Source: Folioceros fuciformis (taxonomy: Eukaryota). Taken from it: a DNA stretch of 39,255 nucleotides. The DNA is taken from contig JBNGIO010006333.1 of NCBI GenBank assembly GCA_049999805.1, positions 114,802 through 154,056 of the forward strand. The letters run 5' to 3'. Under the pieces are notes generated by a model. The model ran no database searches, was not told where the DNA came from, and saw only the letters and a list, made by a program, of their open reading frames with translations. The first letter of the stretch is position 1. Every line of letters begins with the position of its first letter. Made by a program: the position numbers and the translations under genes. Below are positions 25,459 through 38,067 of this stretch, one piece after another.

Positions 25459-26060
25459 TATCAGGAAAACGAGACGTCGTGGTAAGACGGAGTCTGCCCT
25501 GTTCTTGACAAAAATTCCCCACTCAGATCGACTGGAGTAGGAGACGGGATCGACCAATCTCGATCTTCTTCCTCCATCTGAGCGATACAGCACAGAGTGA
25601 ATCCGGGCCGGTGTCTCTAGCAGCAATAATGTCTCTCAACCACCATCCCACCCTTCTAAGCTGCGCACTCTTCAGACACTGACGATCTCTCCAGTAAAAT
25701 CCCACCTATTCTCACAAACAAGAAACAGCGCGGAGCAGGGCAGAGCATACCTGCGATCCGGCATGGAGCTGGTAGAGACCCCAAGGACGAGGAGCTCGGT
25801 GGAGTCCGATCTCGTGGAATTACGTTTTGTTCCTGCTACTTGAAGGCAGAGTGACGAGGCTGGCCCCACACGCAACCGAATGACAGCTGATGAGAATACA
25901 GCATTGTCGGTTTGACAAGTCGAGAACCCCGGGTGGGTGCTCTCAATCTGGGAACGCTGTCCTAGTATTCAAAATCAAACACCTCAAATCACTTGTATCT
26001 CTCGCTATGCTCCATCAGACGAGCTTGGCTTGAGCTGGAGGAAGCTGTTGGTCGAGGGGC

Positions 26061-27632
26061 ATGGAGGTGGGCACCTTAAACTGGTGTCCCAGTGCCGATG
26101 GGCGAGCGCGGGTGGTGGCGGCGGGCAGTAGGAATGTGGCATGCGTGCATGCCGAATCGGTCCCATTTGGAGCTGCAGATTTGGGCAGGCCGGGTCGTGG
26201 GAGCAGGGCACCCGTCAGGCAAGGGCTTGTGCCCCTGGCTGGTGGTGGTAGCGTCGCTCAGGTCTGAGCTGCTGAATGTTGGGAGCACCTGCTTTCTGCA
26301 GCTCGCTTCTGCTGAGCAAGGGACTGTGTTTGCCCACGCAGAGAGCGAACATTAGGAGTGGGAGGGTCGGGACCGCAGCACCTTTCCTTTCCCCGAGAGC
26401 GTCTTTTGCTTTGAAGCCGCCTCCTTACAAGATGGTAAGGTCGCTGTACTGTGGTGTGCTCTCCCTGGTCTCTGGGGACTTTGGCGAGGCCGACCTTGGT
26501 GAATTCGATTCCAATCTGGTGCAGGATGCTCTGGAGCCGCTGATGAGCAAACGCACTTTGGAGTACCACTGGGGTAAGCACCATAAGGGGTACTATGATA
26601 ATCTGAACAAGCAGATTGAGGGGACTGACCTGAGAGGGAACACTTTGGAGGAGATTATCAAGCTCTCCTACAACAATGGCAACCCTCTTCCTGTCTTCAA
26701 CAACGCGGGCCAGGTACCTGCATGTGCGTTTTTTTTGCTTTGCTTCGTACAGGTGCCCGAGTGTGTTCACGTCGTCTGACGGCGCTGAGGTAGGCAGGCT
26801 GTTGATGGTGCAGGCATGGAACCATGACTTCTTCTGGCAGTCCATGAGACCTGGCGGTGGTGGCAAACCAAGTGGAGAAATCTTGAACCTCATAGAGCGG
26901 GATTTTGGTTCGTTTGAGCAGTTTGTCAGTGAGTTCAAGCAAGCGGGTGCTACCCAATTCGGCTCTGGTTGGACCTGGCTCGCATGTCAGTTCATCTATT
27001 TCCTTCTCTTGTCATGCTCAATTCTCTTTCAATGCTGTGGTGAGGTAGAAGAAACGTGGCCGTGTTGACTGTGTTTTCAGTGAAGAAGGAGAAACTGGTT
27101 GTCGAGAAGACGGCGAATGCTTTCAATCCGCTGATATGGGGCCACATTGTAAGTAACTTGCCTGGACCTTCTCCAGATCCTGTAAGCCGTGGCTACCATC
27201 TTCACACAGTCAGCTAATCTTGCGCTCCTCTCTTGTTGCAGCCTCTGCTGACCATGGATGTTTGGGAGGTAAGGGCCTGTCGGGCACCGTGATATCATGC
27301 TCCGCTCCTTTTCCACCCGGATTCGTTTCTTTCTTTTTCCTTGTTGCCCGATTAACATGCTGCATGTCACATTCACCGACAGCATGCTTACTACCTGGAC
27401 TACCAGGTATGCAAGCTCGTCTCCCTTCCCTTCCGTCTTCTTCATGTCGTATCTTGGCTGTGGACAAGATGGCCTGAAACTTTTGGCCCTTCCTTTCCTT
27501 GTGTAGAACCGACGGGCAGACTACATCAACACTTTTGTCGACAAGCTAATCTCATGGGAGGAAGTGACTTCTCGCCTTCAACGGGCAAAGGCATTCGTAA
27601 ACCTTGGAGAACCGGAAATCCCCCCGGAATGA
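26061..27632 (+). CDS. FSD3: Plastid iron superoxide dismutase, FSD3-like; multi-exon; start codon tentative
   Basis: [77 protein letters not shown]..|[53 protein letters not shown]; all four metal ligands present; the AFVNLGEP tail is typical of the FSD3 clade; the N-terminus resembles a transit peptide. Confidence 0.92.
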
Positions 27633-27850
27633 GGAGGAGTAAGAGCCTCAAGAGATTTTGGACACAACTGAGCTACATACTCAACACAGCATAGCACAGC
27701 ATTTAGCATGGGCGTTATGTTGATATGCCCTTGGCAAGGAGGCTTGTGGCTAATAGAGGAGAGCGTTGCACGGGGTCCAGCACCCCGTCCCGTTGCACTA
27801 AACGGGGACCGCGACCAATAATGCACTGTGAGTTGGCGACCATGCCGTGG

Positions 27851-27878
27851 GCCACGTGGGAACAGAAGAGCACGTGGC
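27851..27878 (+). promoter_or_regulatory. Paired G-box/ABRE elements ~180-200 bp upstream of the DUF2945 gene
   Basis: GCCACGTGG at 27851-27859 and CACGTGGC at 27871-27878; both contain the ABRE consensus ACGTGGC on one strand or the other. Confidence 0.6.
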
Positions 27879-28056
27879 GGAAACCGGCTTCCTGTCCACT
27901 TGTCTATCTATCTGCGCGCTGGCATCCTCCCTGCTAGCTGTCGCTTCAAAGATTTGGCACTGAGGCGGATGAGTATGTCGTGAGCTCGGCCTCCTAGCGC
28001 AGCCGCGAGTCCAATTTCTGCAAGTCATGTGACCCTTTCCTGATGCCTGAAGAAAA

Positions 28057-28842
28057 ATGGCAGAGGCGAAGAGCAACAAGTCGGACGAGTTCCAGCAAGG
28101 TGATCATGTGTCTTGGAAATATGGCATGGGCAAGGCCACGGGGCGTATCGTGTCCAAGGTGACGGAGGACACTAAGCTCGGGGGACGCACCTTTCGTGCC
28201 ACGCCTGATGACCCCAAGTATCGGTTGCTGGCTGACAAGACGGGCAGGGAAGTGGTGAGGCGGGGCCAGGTGTTGTCGCGGGTGGAGGAGGCATCGTCTG
28301 AGGCTACAGAGGAGGAAGCAGACCAGTCAGAGGAGTCGGAGGAGGGTCATGAGATGGAGGCGGACAAAGCACCCGAGGCGGAGGCGCAGGAGGAAGAGCC
28401 GGCTCCTTCTCACCAGCGAAATGGCAATATGGAGGGCAGCCAGGAGGAAGCCTCCGGGACCGCTGCAGCAGGTAATTGAAAGAAAGGTAAACGAAAGCAA
28501 AATCCAGGTAGCTGTAGGGTTTGCTGAACATCACTGCCCTGAATGTGTCCGTCTAATTAATCACTCCCAATGACGGTTTCCTGTTCCTCCTTCGCAGGTG
28601 CGAGATGTGAAGCACTGTGCCAACCGAAGAAAACAATGAAGTCTGCGCTGTTAACAGGGACTGGGGGGGATAGTGCTTTTCCCAGTGAGGTGGACGATAT
28701 CGACTTGAGCAAGCACAGTATTAGCCAAGGTCTAGAGGGTAAGGAAGACGAGAAGCTGAGGCAAGCTGCCATACATGAGAGCACCGTGGATGCCGTTGGC
28801 ATGGAACACGAGTCTGCATGGCAATTGGGGAATCAGCCATAA
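28057..28842 (+). CDS. DUF2945 / Hva1-type Tudor-like domain protein with acidic disordered C-terminus; 2 exons (28057-28471, 28598-28842)
   Basis: EFQQGDHVSWKYGMGKATGRIVSKVTEDTKLGGRTFRATPDDPKYRLLADKTGREVVRRGQVLSRV fits the DUF2945 pattern (F..GD.V.W....G...G.I....T......G....A....P.Y....DKTG......L), followed by an E-rich linker; GT-AG intron (gcag|gtaatt ... ttcgcag|gt) keeps the frame. The 3' end is less certain. Confidence 0.75.
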
Positions 28843-30353
28843 AATGCGACGGGAGATCATCACGGAATCGGAGCCGGTGAAGGAGGAGGAGGGACGTGGT
28901 CCCTGCTCGCCCAAGGATGAGGCAAGTGTTACACCTCCCCACACGTTGCCGCATCAAGAAGTAACGCAACCGGGTTCGTATTTGTAGAATTCCAACATTT
29001 TGAGAAATAGCACCACTTTATGGCTTTACCCACCTGTACGGCAGTATGTGAATAATTTAATATGGACTTTGTTTTATGGAAATCAATACCTTCCAGTGAC
29101 GGGAATGCGTCAAATACAAAAACCAAAACTATATATGTTTTGACGCATTTTAATTTACGTACACCAAACCGATTTAAGGCGGGAAATTCGTCCTTAGGGC
29201 TTTCAATCTAACCCCGGTCCAGACCTTTAAAATATTAATGGGTGGTGCTAGCCATTTCAATGACCACACATTTCAGTCATGTTTAGAAAATGGGGCTGGT
29301 CAGCTTTAGATATTAATGGATGATGCCAATCAAATAAGATATTTTATCCAACTTGTAACATATCCAACTCTTATCTATTTTCAAGTTTTGATTCAACTTA
29401 ACCCAACTTGCTATTTGCTATGTATAGCATTGGCTATTCTCTTTCATAGTTGTTAATTCATGGTTGCTTGCAACTATTATCAAGAGAGATCATGTTTTTG
29501 TTGTAGATGTTGTGAGCTTGTGTGAACACATACAGATAAGCTGACGAGGAATTAGGACTTAGACAGTCGTGCTCATTCATGAACAGTGGTGTCTCTTAGA
29601 GACTTGATCTCTCATATATGCTCTCAGAGCATTACCCTGTATTGTTTGTGATACAATCAACACACAGAATACAATTTCCAGTCTCGCCATTCTCAGTTTA
29701 ACACATGGTATCAAAGCATGGAATGGATCCATGACTCCGGTAGCCTACGATGGCTACTCTTCCTTCCACACAAGGAAGACATTATCAGATAGAAAAATTA
29801 ACTCATTAGAACTATGGGACATGGTCCATATGGGTGGAATCTCTCCTCAAAAAGTTGATGCTATGGCCCATGGTCGACGGGTATGAGCCTAGACTAGCCA
29901 AGAATCATGCAAACGAACCTGCTTGGATCATCAAGGATGCCTCTGCCCATGCTAAGCTCATCCTATAGATATGAGACAAAATCCTACCTACTATGAGACG
30001 ACAACTTGATGCTAAATCCTTATGAGACAAGCTGGCGGCATCGTTGCAGGAGGTAAGTTTACCATCACAACTCCTTGCTGCTCAAAAGCTTGCCTCCATC
30101 AAACTCAAGGACGAAGGATCAGTCTCGGATTTCGTAGTTATTTGGGATAAGTCGTTAGACAAGGCCATCTCCACAGGACTTGACTTGAAGGAGGAACAGC
30201 AGGTCACACAATTACTGATGGCCCTCCCAAAATCTTGGAGGTCATTTATCTCTAGAGAAGCCAATCAGGCTACCAAACAAAGATCACTAACCTTAGCAAG
30301 TCTCTTAATGAAAATCCGCAACGAAGATGTCTTGATTGTAGGAGACAACTCTC

Positions 30354-30395
30354 CTCCTTCAACTCTCTTTGCAGCTCCTTCAACTCTCTTTGCAG
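30354..30395 (+). repeat. 21-bp in-frame tandem duplication in element A gag
   Basis: ctccttcaactctctttgcag x2 (PSTLFA-A-PSTLFA). Confidence 0.85.
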
Positions 30396-32212
30396 GTGGA
30401 CGGGGCAAGAACCCTAGATTCAAAGCTAGATCTAGAAATTTTGGCTTTGCTTCCGGTCCTGGTAGACCACCACCTTCCAACAATCCTAATCACGAAGACA
30501 AAACATGTCACTATTGCGGTAAGAGAGGGCATATAGCCCCAAACTGTAGAAAGAAACAAAGGGATAAAGCAAGAAGTACTTCTAGCACATTTGTTACCAC
30601 CACTTCCACAAATGCTTACCTCTTCACTGCTATCTCCACCTTGGCTACAAGTTCCATCCTTCCAGATCACTGGCTGCTTGACTCAGGAGTGACGAAACAC
30701 ATGACCTCGCAAGAAGAATGGTTCACGGACTACTCACTACTTGAGGTATCCCTACTCGTCCTCATGGGAGACGACTCTCCTCACATGGCTGTGGGCAAGG
30801 TCACCATTCAACTCCAGGTGCATGACTTTACAGCTTGTGTGAGGGATGTCCTACACGTCCCCGAGCTGTCCAAGAATTTGCTCTCTATGAATTAGACAAT
30901 CCGAAATCCTAGGTGTAGCATCATCTTCAACCAACATGGGTGCGTTAACCACACTACCACCTCTGCAGGCTAGAACATGTCGATCCATTGCCCTCGTACA
31001 CGGGGACTCTTGCCCGTGGGGATTGGAGTTTCTCTCCTGCCCAACCCACAAGTGTAAGCCTTGCTACTCACCTCCATCACAGTTCCCTAACAACACTTTG
31101 GCACTTGAGGCTAGCTAGCCCACTTACTCTTCCAAGGCATAAAACGCATGCAATCCAAACGAATGGTTTACGGATTACCTCATCGGTTTCATGCTGACCT
31201 GTCTTTATGTGAAGGTTGCTTGATGGGCAAGCAGAACACACAGCCATATCCTAGATCAACAAGTACCACAAAAAGCGTTTTAGCATTAGTGCATGCTGAC
31301 CTTTGTGGCCCCCATGTAGACAGAATCTCTTAATGGAAAGCTGCACATGTTTGTCCTTGTGGATGATTATAGACACTACACCCACCTTTATGTCCTCAAG
31401 CATAAATCTGAAGCATTTACTTCCTTTCAACTCTATAAAGCCCTGGTGGAAAATCAAATTGGTAAGCGCATCCAAATACTTAGGACAGACAATGCAGGTA
31501 AACTTACCTCACCTGCCTTTGAGAACTTCTTGTCTACACACGGCATAGCCTATCAAAAAATTATGCCTTATGCACATCAACAATTAGGGAAAGCGAAGCA
31601 TAGGAATTGCTCCCTCATGGATGCAACCAGAAGCTCCCTAGTCACGGCAAGTCTACCCAATACCTTGTGGGCTAATTCTGCTGCTGCGGTTTGTTACATT
31701 CAAAATCGATGCGGCACCACTACTATCCTCGACAAGACACCCTTCGAAATCTAGACAAGCCACAAACCATAGGTCAGCCACTTAAGAATTTTTGGTTGTC
31801 CTACCTGCAAACATGTTCCAATAGAAGGACGCCGCAAATTGGACTCCATATTTGTCAAACTCACTTTTATCGGTTATGGGGAAAGCATAGGAATTAAAGG
31901 CTATAGACTTATGGATCGAGCCACACGCCGAATTTCCGTAAGTCGAAATGTCGTGTTTAATGAGAATTCCCTCATCTAGACTTCAGGGGGTGTACAACTT
32001 CCTAACCAAGATACAGAGAGAATATCGGCTCCGGATTTCCTCCCTGACACCTCCAAGGCAGGCTTGCTTCAGAACCCTATAGCCCCTGCTCAACAAGCTC
32101 TAGATTCTCCTCCTATAGTGCCGCCAACACCTGTTTTATAGACTCCGGAAGATCCTACTATATCTGACTATGGTGAATTTGACCTAGATTGGCAGGCCAG
32201 CCTTGTGGTAGG

Positions 32213-32386
32213 TGTTGAATAGATAACTATCTTGGGTTAAATATACCTAGTTAATTAGGTTAAATACATTATACTATAAATACTCTTGGTACTTCATGTT
32301 TCATTTAATTATTCATGTTTTTCATATTCCTCCTATGCACAAGCATACGTTACTATCAAACTATCGATGCTCTATGGATCGGATCA
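32213..32386 (+). repeat. 5' LTR of copia element B
   Basis: TG...CA ends, TATAAA inside, followed directly by the PBS; 12 mismatches to the 3' LTR by manual alignment. Confidence 0.95.
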
Positions 32387-32432
32387 TGGTATCAGAGCTT
32401 GATGCCATGTACTGATTTTTGTTTCTTGTGCA

Positions 32433-33053
32433 ATGCCTCGCAGGAAGGAATCACGTGCACCACCTCCATTGCGTGATGTTTTTCCACGCAACTGAATAGG
32501 ATTGCGGTGGATTCCACCAATGTGTGACGGGCCATGGGATCAATACTTTGATGAGTATCGCACCCAGATCCGTGCACATTGGTATAGGCAAGCACAAGAA
32601 TGAAGATAGTACCACAATCAATTGAGAGACAATCATTATGATAGAAATTTGCAGAGAAATCCAAGAACCCGAAGGGATCCATCAATTGATGATAATCTGC
32701 AGAATTCTAAGTTGAAGGAAAAGTTTCTAAACTTGGATGAAGCGATTTCAGATGAGGAGAATAATGATGATGTTCCAGATTCAGACAAACCACTGTCGAA
32801 ATTGATTCATTACCATTACGGTAGAATTGACAATCACATCTCACAGTTGATTGCAAGACAAGACCTGTTTCTCACAGCTTTACACAACATGGAGAAGAGA
32901 ATGCAGCATGGAATGGATCAGTGCAACAAGGACATCAACACTGGTGTGTCAGCTACTCAAAATCTGATCCAGTTATTTCTACAGTATTCTGATGTAAAGT
33001 TGATACAAAAATTGGGTAAATCAGGGCAGAGCCCTGCAGATCCTGTTCTTTGA
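32433..33053 (+). pseudogene. Extra ORF ('ORF0') upstream of gag in element B, ~206 codons, three in-frame stops
   Basis: ATG 32433: MPRRKESRAPPPLRDVFPRN*IGLRWIPPMCDGPWDQYFDEYRTQIRAHWYRQAQE*R*YHNQLRDNHYDRN... continues in frame into the 32622-33053 ORF; the stops are TGA, TGA and TAG, each one C>T change from CGA or CAG. Confidence 0.7.
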
Positions 33054-33460
33054 AATCCGGAACCTGTGGAGGGGGCCATTGGAGAGACGCGCAGCAATTT
33101 GGTGTCCACTTCTATCACACTGGAGCAGTAAATTGTGTGATTGTGTCATCAGATCAGATACGTTCTATGTACAACTCATCCAATTTCATCTTTGCTCCCA
33201 CTTGACAGTTGAGCGGTTATTTCCCCTGCCACCTGAGCATCACAAGAACACCCTCATTAGATTTTAGGGCACGTTTCAAAATTTAGGTCAGTTTTTCTTG
33301 ATTAGTTTTTTAGGGCATTTTTCACAATAGTTTTCGACAATTACTCTAGATATGAACCAACAAACATAGTCCTATGCACCTCCTTCGTAGCTGTCTGTAA
33401 ACACTCTTCCTTGTAGCATTCTTACAGCCCCTTTGCGCACTTGATATCCTGCATTTCACC

Positions 33461-36400
33461 ATGTCAACTCCCTCATTTACGTCTAACATAAAGGATAAAG
33501 ACTGCATTAATGGAACGAGATTTGACATTTGGAAGGTTCGCATGAAAACTACCTTGGTAGCTCGTGGCATCTGGACTGTTGTTGATGGTTCCTACAAGGA
33601 TCCTGGTGTACCTGGTGCAACAGGAGTTCCTACAACTGTCACTCAAGCTGACAAGGACAAATGGCATGGCTTTAATAGCATTGTCATTGCTCTCTTGGTT
33701 AACGGCTTGGATGTTGACCGCATTCCTGAAACTGAATACTTGGTTAATGCCAAGGATATATGGGACCAATTGTCAAACACTTACAAGGTTCAGAATATGA
33801 TGACTCTTTGCGCAGTTCGCCTTGAACTCTACAGCCTGCGCATGAGAGATGGTGAATCTGAGTCACATCATATTAGCCAGTTTCGACGTTTGCGATCCCA
33901 ACTAAACGCACTTAGAAGTCCTATGACTGAGGCTAACGCAGCGGCACAGTTTCTGGTCAGCCTCCCCACAAGCTATCAAACTTTTGTTACCACTCAAAAT
34001 ATGCCTACTACTCTTCCTGGACAATCCCTACCAGCTGGTGCTCCAACTCCTTCGCTGGAGGCTGTGGTGGGAGCACTATACTAAGAAGAACAAACACGAT
34101 TTATGAGAGGGCAGCAAAAGCAACATAAAACTGACAAAGTTTTCTCTGCAACTCGATGCAGAGGCAGAGGAAGGGGAAGACATCCGAATCAACGTGCTGG
34201 CTTTGGTTCTTACATACCTAGCAACACTGGTTCATCTTCCTCTGCTCTGAAACGACAAGGTACATGCAATTGGTGTGGTACTCCAGGGCATTGGGCACGG
34301 GAATGCCGGGAAAAGAAAGCTGGCGAGCCTCAATGGGTTTCTTCTCGACCCTCTGCACATACAATCACACAACAATGTAGTCAGGACAGACAGTCCTCAA
34401 CAACATCCACAAATTTAGGCAAGCCAGTAGTTAAAATCCTTATTGTTTGTCTTAACACTTTAACGAGTGAGGGGGATTGTTGGTTTTTGGACTCAGGGGC
34501 AACATCCCATATCTGTTGGGCTGAATCTCTCTTTACCAGTTTGACCCTATGAGCTGTTGCTGAAAATGTATACTTGGGTGATGAGAGTTTAGGGCGTAGT
34601 ATTCAGATCCTTGGTAGAGGAATCTGCAAGTTTCCCTTACACAATGATAGCGTGTTAGTCCTCCCAGACGCCTTGTATGTACCTAAGATGGCTAAGAATT
34701 TAATGTCACTTAGCAGGTTGATGAAAATGAAGGATTTAGTCCTTACTGTCTCTGGAGACGCTTGTTGTTTCTCTAGACATAGTGCCCCAGCCATATGCAT
34801 CTTCAAAGCTTTTGTAGATTCAAAATTGTATCGTCTTGACATTTCTTGCCTCCGACGACAACAAGCATGTTCCACCACAGTTGGTAACCTAACAGCTATC
34901 CTCAAGCTAGGCTTTGGCACGCACGCTTGGGCCATGCTAACAAAACTAAATTGATTCATGCATCTAAGCAAGACTGTTATCGTGAACTTCTCCCTCACTG
35001 TTTCAAGGAGCTGCCCATTTGTGAAGTGTGCACCCTTGCAAAGCAACGAGAGACTCCTTTTCCACGGGCACCTGCACATAGGTCAACATCAATCCTCGAC
35101 CTTGTGCACTCAGACATATCAAGCAGGCTACAGATTCAGTCACTTGGAGGTGCAGCCTACTTTCTTACTTTAAGAGATGACTATAGCTGGTATACGTGGA
35201 CATACCCGATGCACCATAAGAATGATACATTCCCCATCTTCAAGGATTGGTTGATCATGGTGCAGCGCCAAATTGGTCGTTTGTTAAAGCTCTTCAGGAG
35301 TGACAATGGCGGTGAATTTGTCAACCATGCCTTCATAGAGTTCCTGACCAGCCAAGGCATTATTCATCAACTCATCGTCCCATATACCCTGCAGCAAAAC
35401 GGGGTGGCTGAACGAAAGAATCAAACATTGATGAGAATGACGAGGTCAATGCTCTTGTGGTCAGGATTACCTTCTCCATACTGGGCAGAAGTAGTAGTGA
35501 CAGCTACATATATACTCAACACGCTCATATCACAGTCGGTTCCTAGAAACACGCCTTTCGAGATATTATGGAAGAGAAAACCAATCATCATGCATCTTCG
35601 CGTATTTGGTTCGAGAGCTTTTGCATATATACCTGTTGAGAAGAGGCGTAAACTTGACAACCGTTCAAAGGGGTTAATATTTGTTGGTTACAGCGAGATT
35701 GCTAAGGCTTACAAACTTATTGATGCAGACAATCTACAACCTAGTATAGCGAGGAGTGTGACTTTCCTGGAGACACTCGAGCCACTAGTCACAGGTGGTG
35801 GCATATTATTCGAACAACATGATGGTCATTTGGCATTTACAGACAAACATGATGATTACCCTGATGACATTGATGGAGATGTTGCCCCAGCTATTCAGTC
35901 AGAAGATGATGAATCCACTGTAGATCCTACTCCAGCTCCAGACAATCACTTAGATTCAGCATATGAACCTGACAGTTCTTCCCAAGACCTGATTCTGCAG
36001 GTGACAATGAGCCATTACCTGTTCCAGTAGTGAATGCACCTGAGCATGTTCGTCGGTCTACACGTGTGCATCGTCCTGCCTCTGAGTGGACAGAACCTCG
36101 TTACACATCCATCGATTTTCGCAAGTTAGTGGGAGTCTGCACTCCCACTATCCACCATGTTTCCCCACCAGTTATTCCTCATGAGCCTGTCACACTCAAG
36201 GAAGCCATCTCAAGCCCAAATAGGGATAAGTGGAAATATGTTGTGGAAGATGAGTACAATAGCTTAATTCAAAATGGTACCTGGAAGTTGGTTCCCCGTC
36301 CTGAAGGCTGCAGACCCATTACATGCAAATGGGTTTTCAAACACAAACTTAACTCTAAGGGGGAGATTGCCAAGTATAAGGCTTGTTTGTGTGCCCGAGG

Positions 36401-37781
36401 GTTTACCCAAATTCCAAGCCTAGACTTCCAGGAGACATTCTCCCCTGTAGTCAGATCCCACTTTATCCGCCTCATTCTTGCTCTAGCAGCTGAACATGAC
36501 CTGGAGCTTGAGCAAATGGACGTCAAGACTGCTTTCTTACATGGTGTTTTAGAGGAAGAGTTGTATATGGAGCAGACCGAGGGCTACGAGGACCCTACAC
36601 ATCCAGATTGGGTTTGCCAATTAATCAAGTGTATTTATGGCTTGAGACAATCTGCGGAACGATGGAATGCTAGACTAGACACTTGCTTGCGTGCACTTGG
36701 TTTTCGACAGAGTCTTGCTGATCCATCAGTTTATATCTATGATGAAGGCTCCTCCTATGTGTTTGTTGGCAATATATGTAGACGATGCCATATTTGCAGC
36801 CAACAACAAACAACTATTAGCAAAAGTTCAAGCTTTGTTACGTAATGAATTTGAAATGACTAATGTTGGTGAGTTGAAGTTCTGCCTGGGCATTCAAGTG
36901 CTGCGAGTGAGAGAGCAGTGAATGATTATTATTCATCAACACGAATACATTGCTGAAATTCTGCAACAATTCAACGTGGATGCAACTCACCCTGCTCCCA
37001 CACCTGGAGCAACTGGTGTGCGACTCACAAAACTGGATAGTCCCACCTCATCTATGGATATCGAAGATATGAAGGATGTCCCGTATAGACATGCTATGGG
37101 AAGCCTCCTATTTGTGAGCAATTGGACATGTCTTGATATCACGTTTGCAGTGAACACTGCTTCTCAATTCTTGGAATGTCATGGGGAAATCATTGGATAG
37201 CAGTTACACGGGTATTCTGTTACTTCAAGGGTACACATTACTTGGGCCTATGTTACAAGCGAGGAGGTTCACACCCTACCTTACATGGTTTCGCTGATGC
37301 TGACTGGGCATCTGATGGCAATTCATGTCAAAGCCTTTCGACCTATGCATTCCTTCTATCCTCCGCTACTATTGGTTGGAGCTGTAAAAAACAAACAAGT
37401 ATAGCTCATTCAAGCACAGAGGCAGAATACAAATGCTTAACTGATGCTACTAAAGAGGTGGAGTGGGAGAGGGCCTTTCTAGCTTCAGTCCATGTAACGC
37501 AGCCAGAACCTACCATCCTCTTTTGCGACAATCAGTCTACTCTTGCCCTTGTTGAGCGTCCCCGCTTCCACGCCCGTACCGAACACATCGAGATCCAGCA
37601 CCATTACGTTCGAGATGTAAAATCGAGAGGTATTGTTCTGCCCACTTACATACATAGAGATTCTAACGTTGCTGACATTCTCACAAAATCCTTGCCTAAG
37701 CACAAGCATCAGACACATGTAGATGGCTTGGGTCTTGTAGATTTCTCATCACACTTTACTGCAACACTGAAGCTTACATGA
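33461..37781 (+). pseudogene. gag-pol polyprotein of copia element B, with stops and frameshifts
   Basis: NGTRFDIWKVRM gag start; CNWCGTPGHWAREC; WFLDSGATSH protease; WHARLGH...CEVC; integrase LVHSD, FRSDNGGEF, QQNGVAERKN; RT QMDVKTAFLHG, YGLRQS, YVDD; RNase H FADADWA, TEAEY, CDNQS, ADILTK. Stops at 34082, 34550 and 36919 plus several frameshifts. Confidence 0.95.
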
Positions 37782-38067
37782 TTAGCAGACCTAGAGTATC
37801 TCAAACAATTCTAGCTTCTACTCTGTGGTTTTCTCCCTCATGTCTCCTCCTACCTGCATACGTGTACATTACATTCAGGCACGTGTCTATTTCAGTCACC
37901 TATCCAACTTTGTTTGCTTTCCCCATGCACACTCTGTCCCCTTTCAGTGGGAGTCAGCATAGGCCAAACAAGCTATTAATTTCCATGCATTCAGAGGATG
38001 AAGCCAAACACCGATCTAACCCTGGAACATGGAATCACTTGAATCACAGACAGTGTTACCTCTAGAG

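Noticed and set aside
28057-28842. Bacterial contamination as the source of the DUF2945 gene
   Set aside because: It has a GT-AG intron and plant-type promoter motifs, and it is contiguous without gaps with FSD3 and a plant copia element.
33260-33320. Two TTTAGGG motifs in the element B leader
   Set aside because: Only two isolated heptamers, not a telomeric array.
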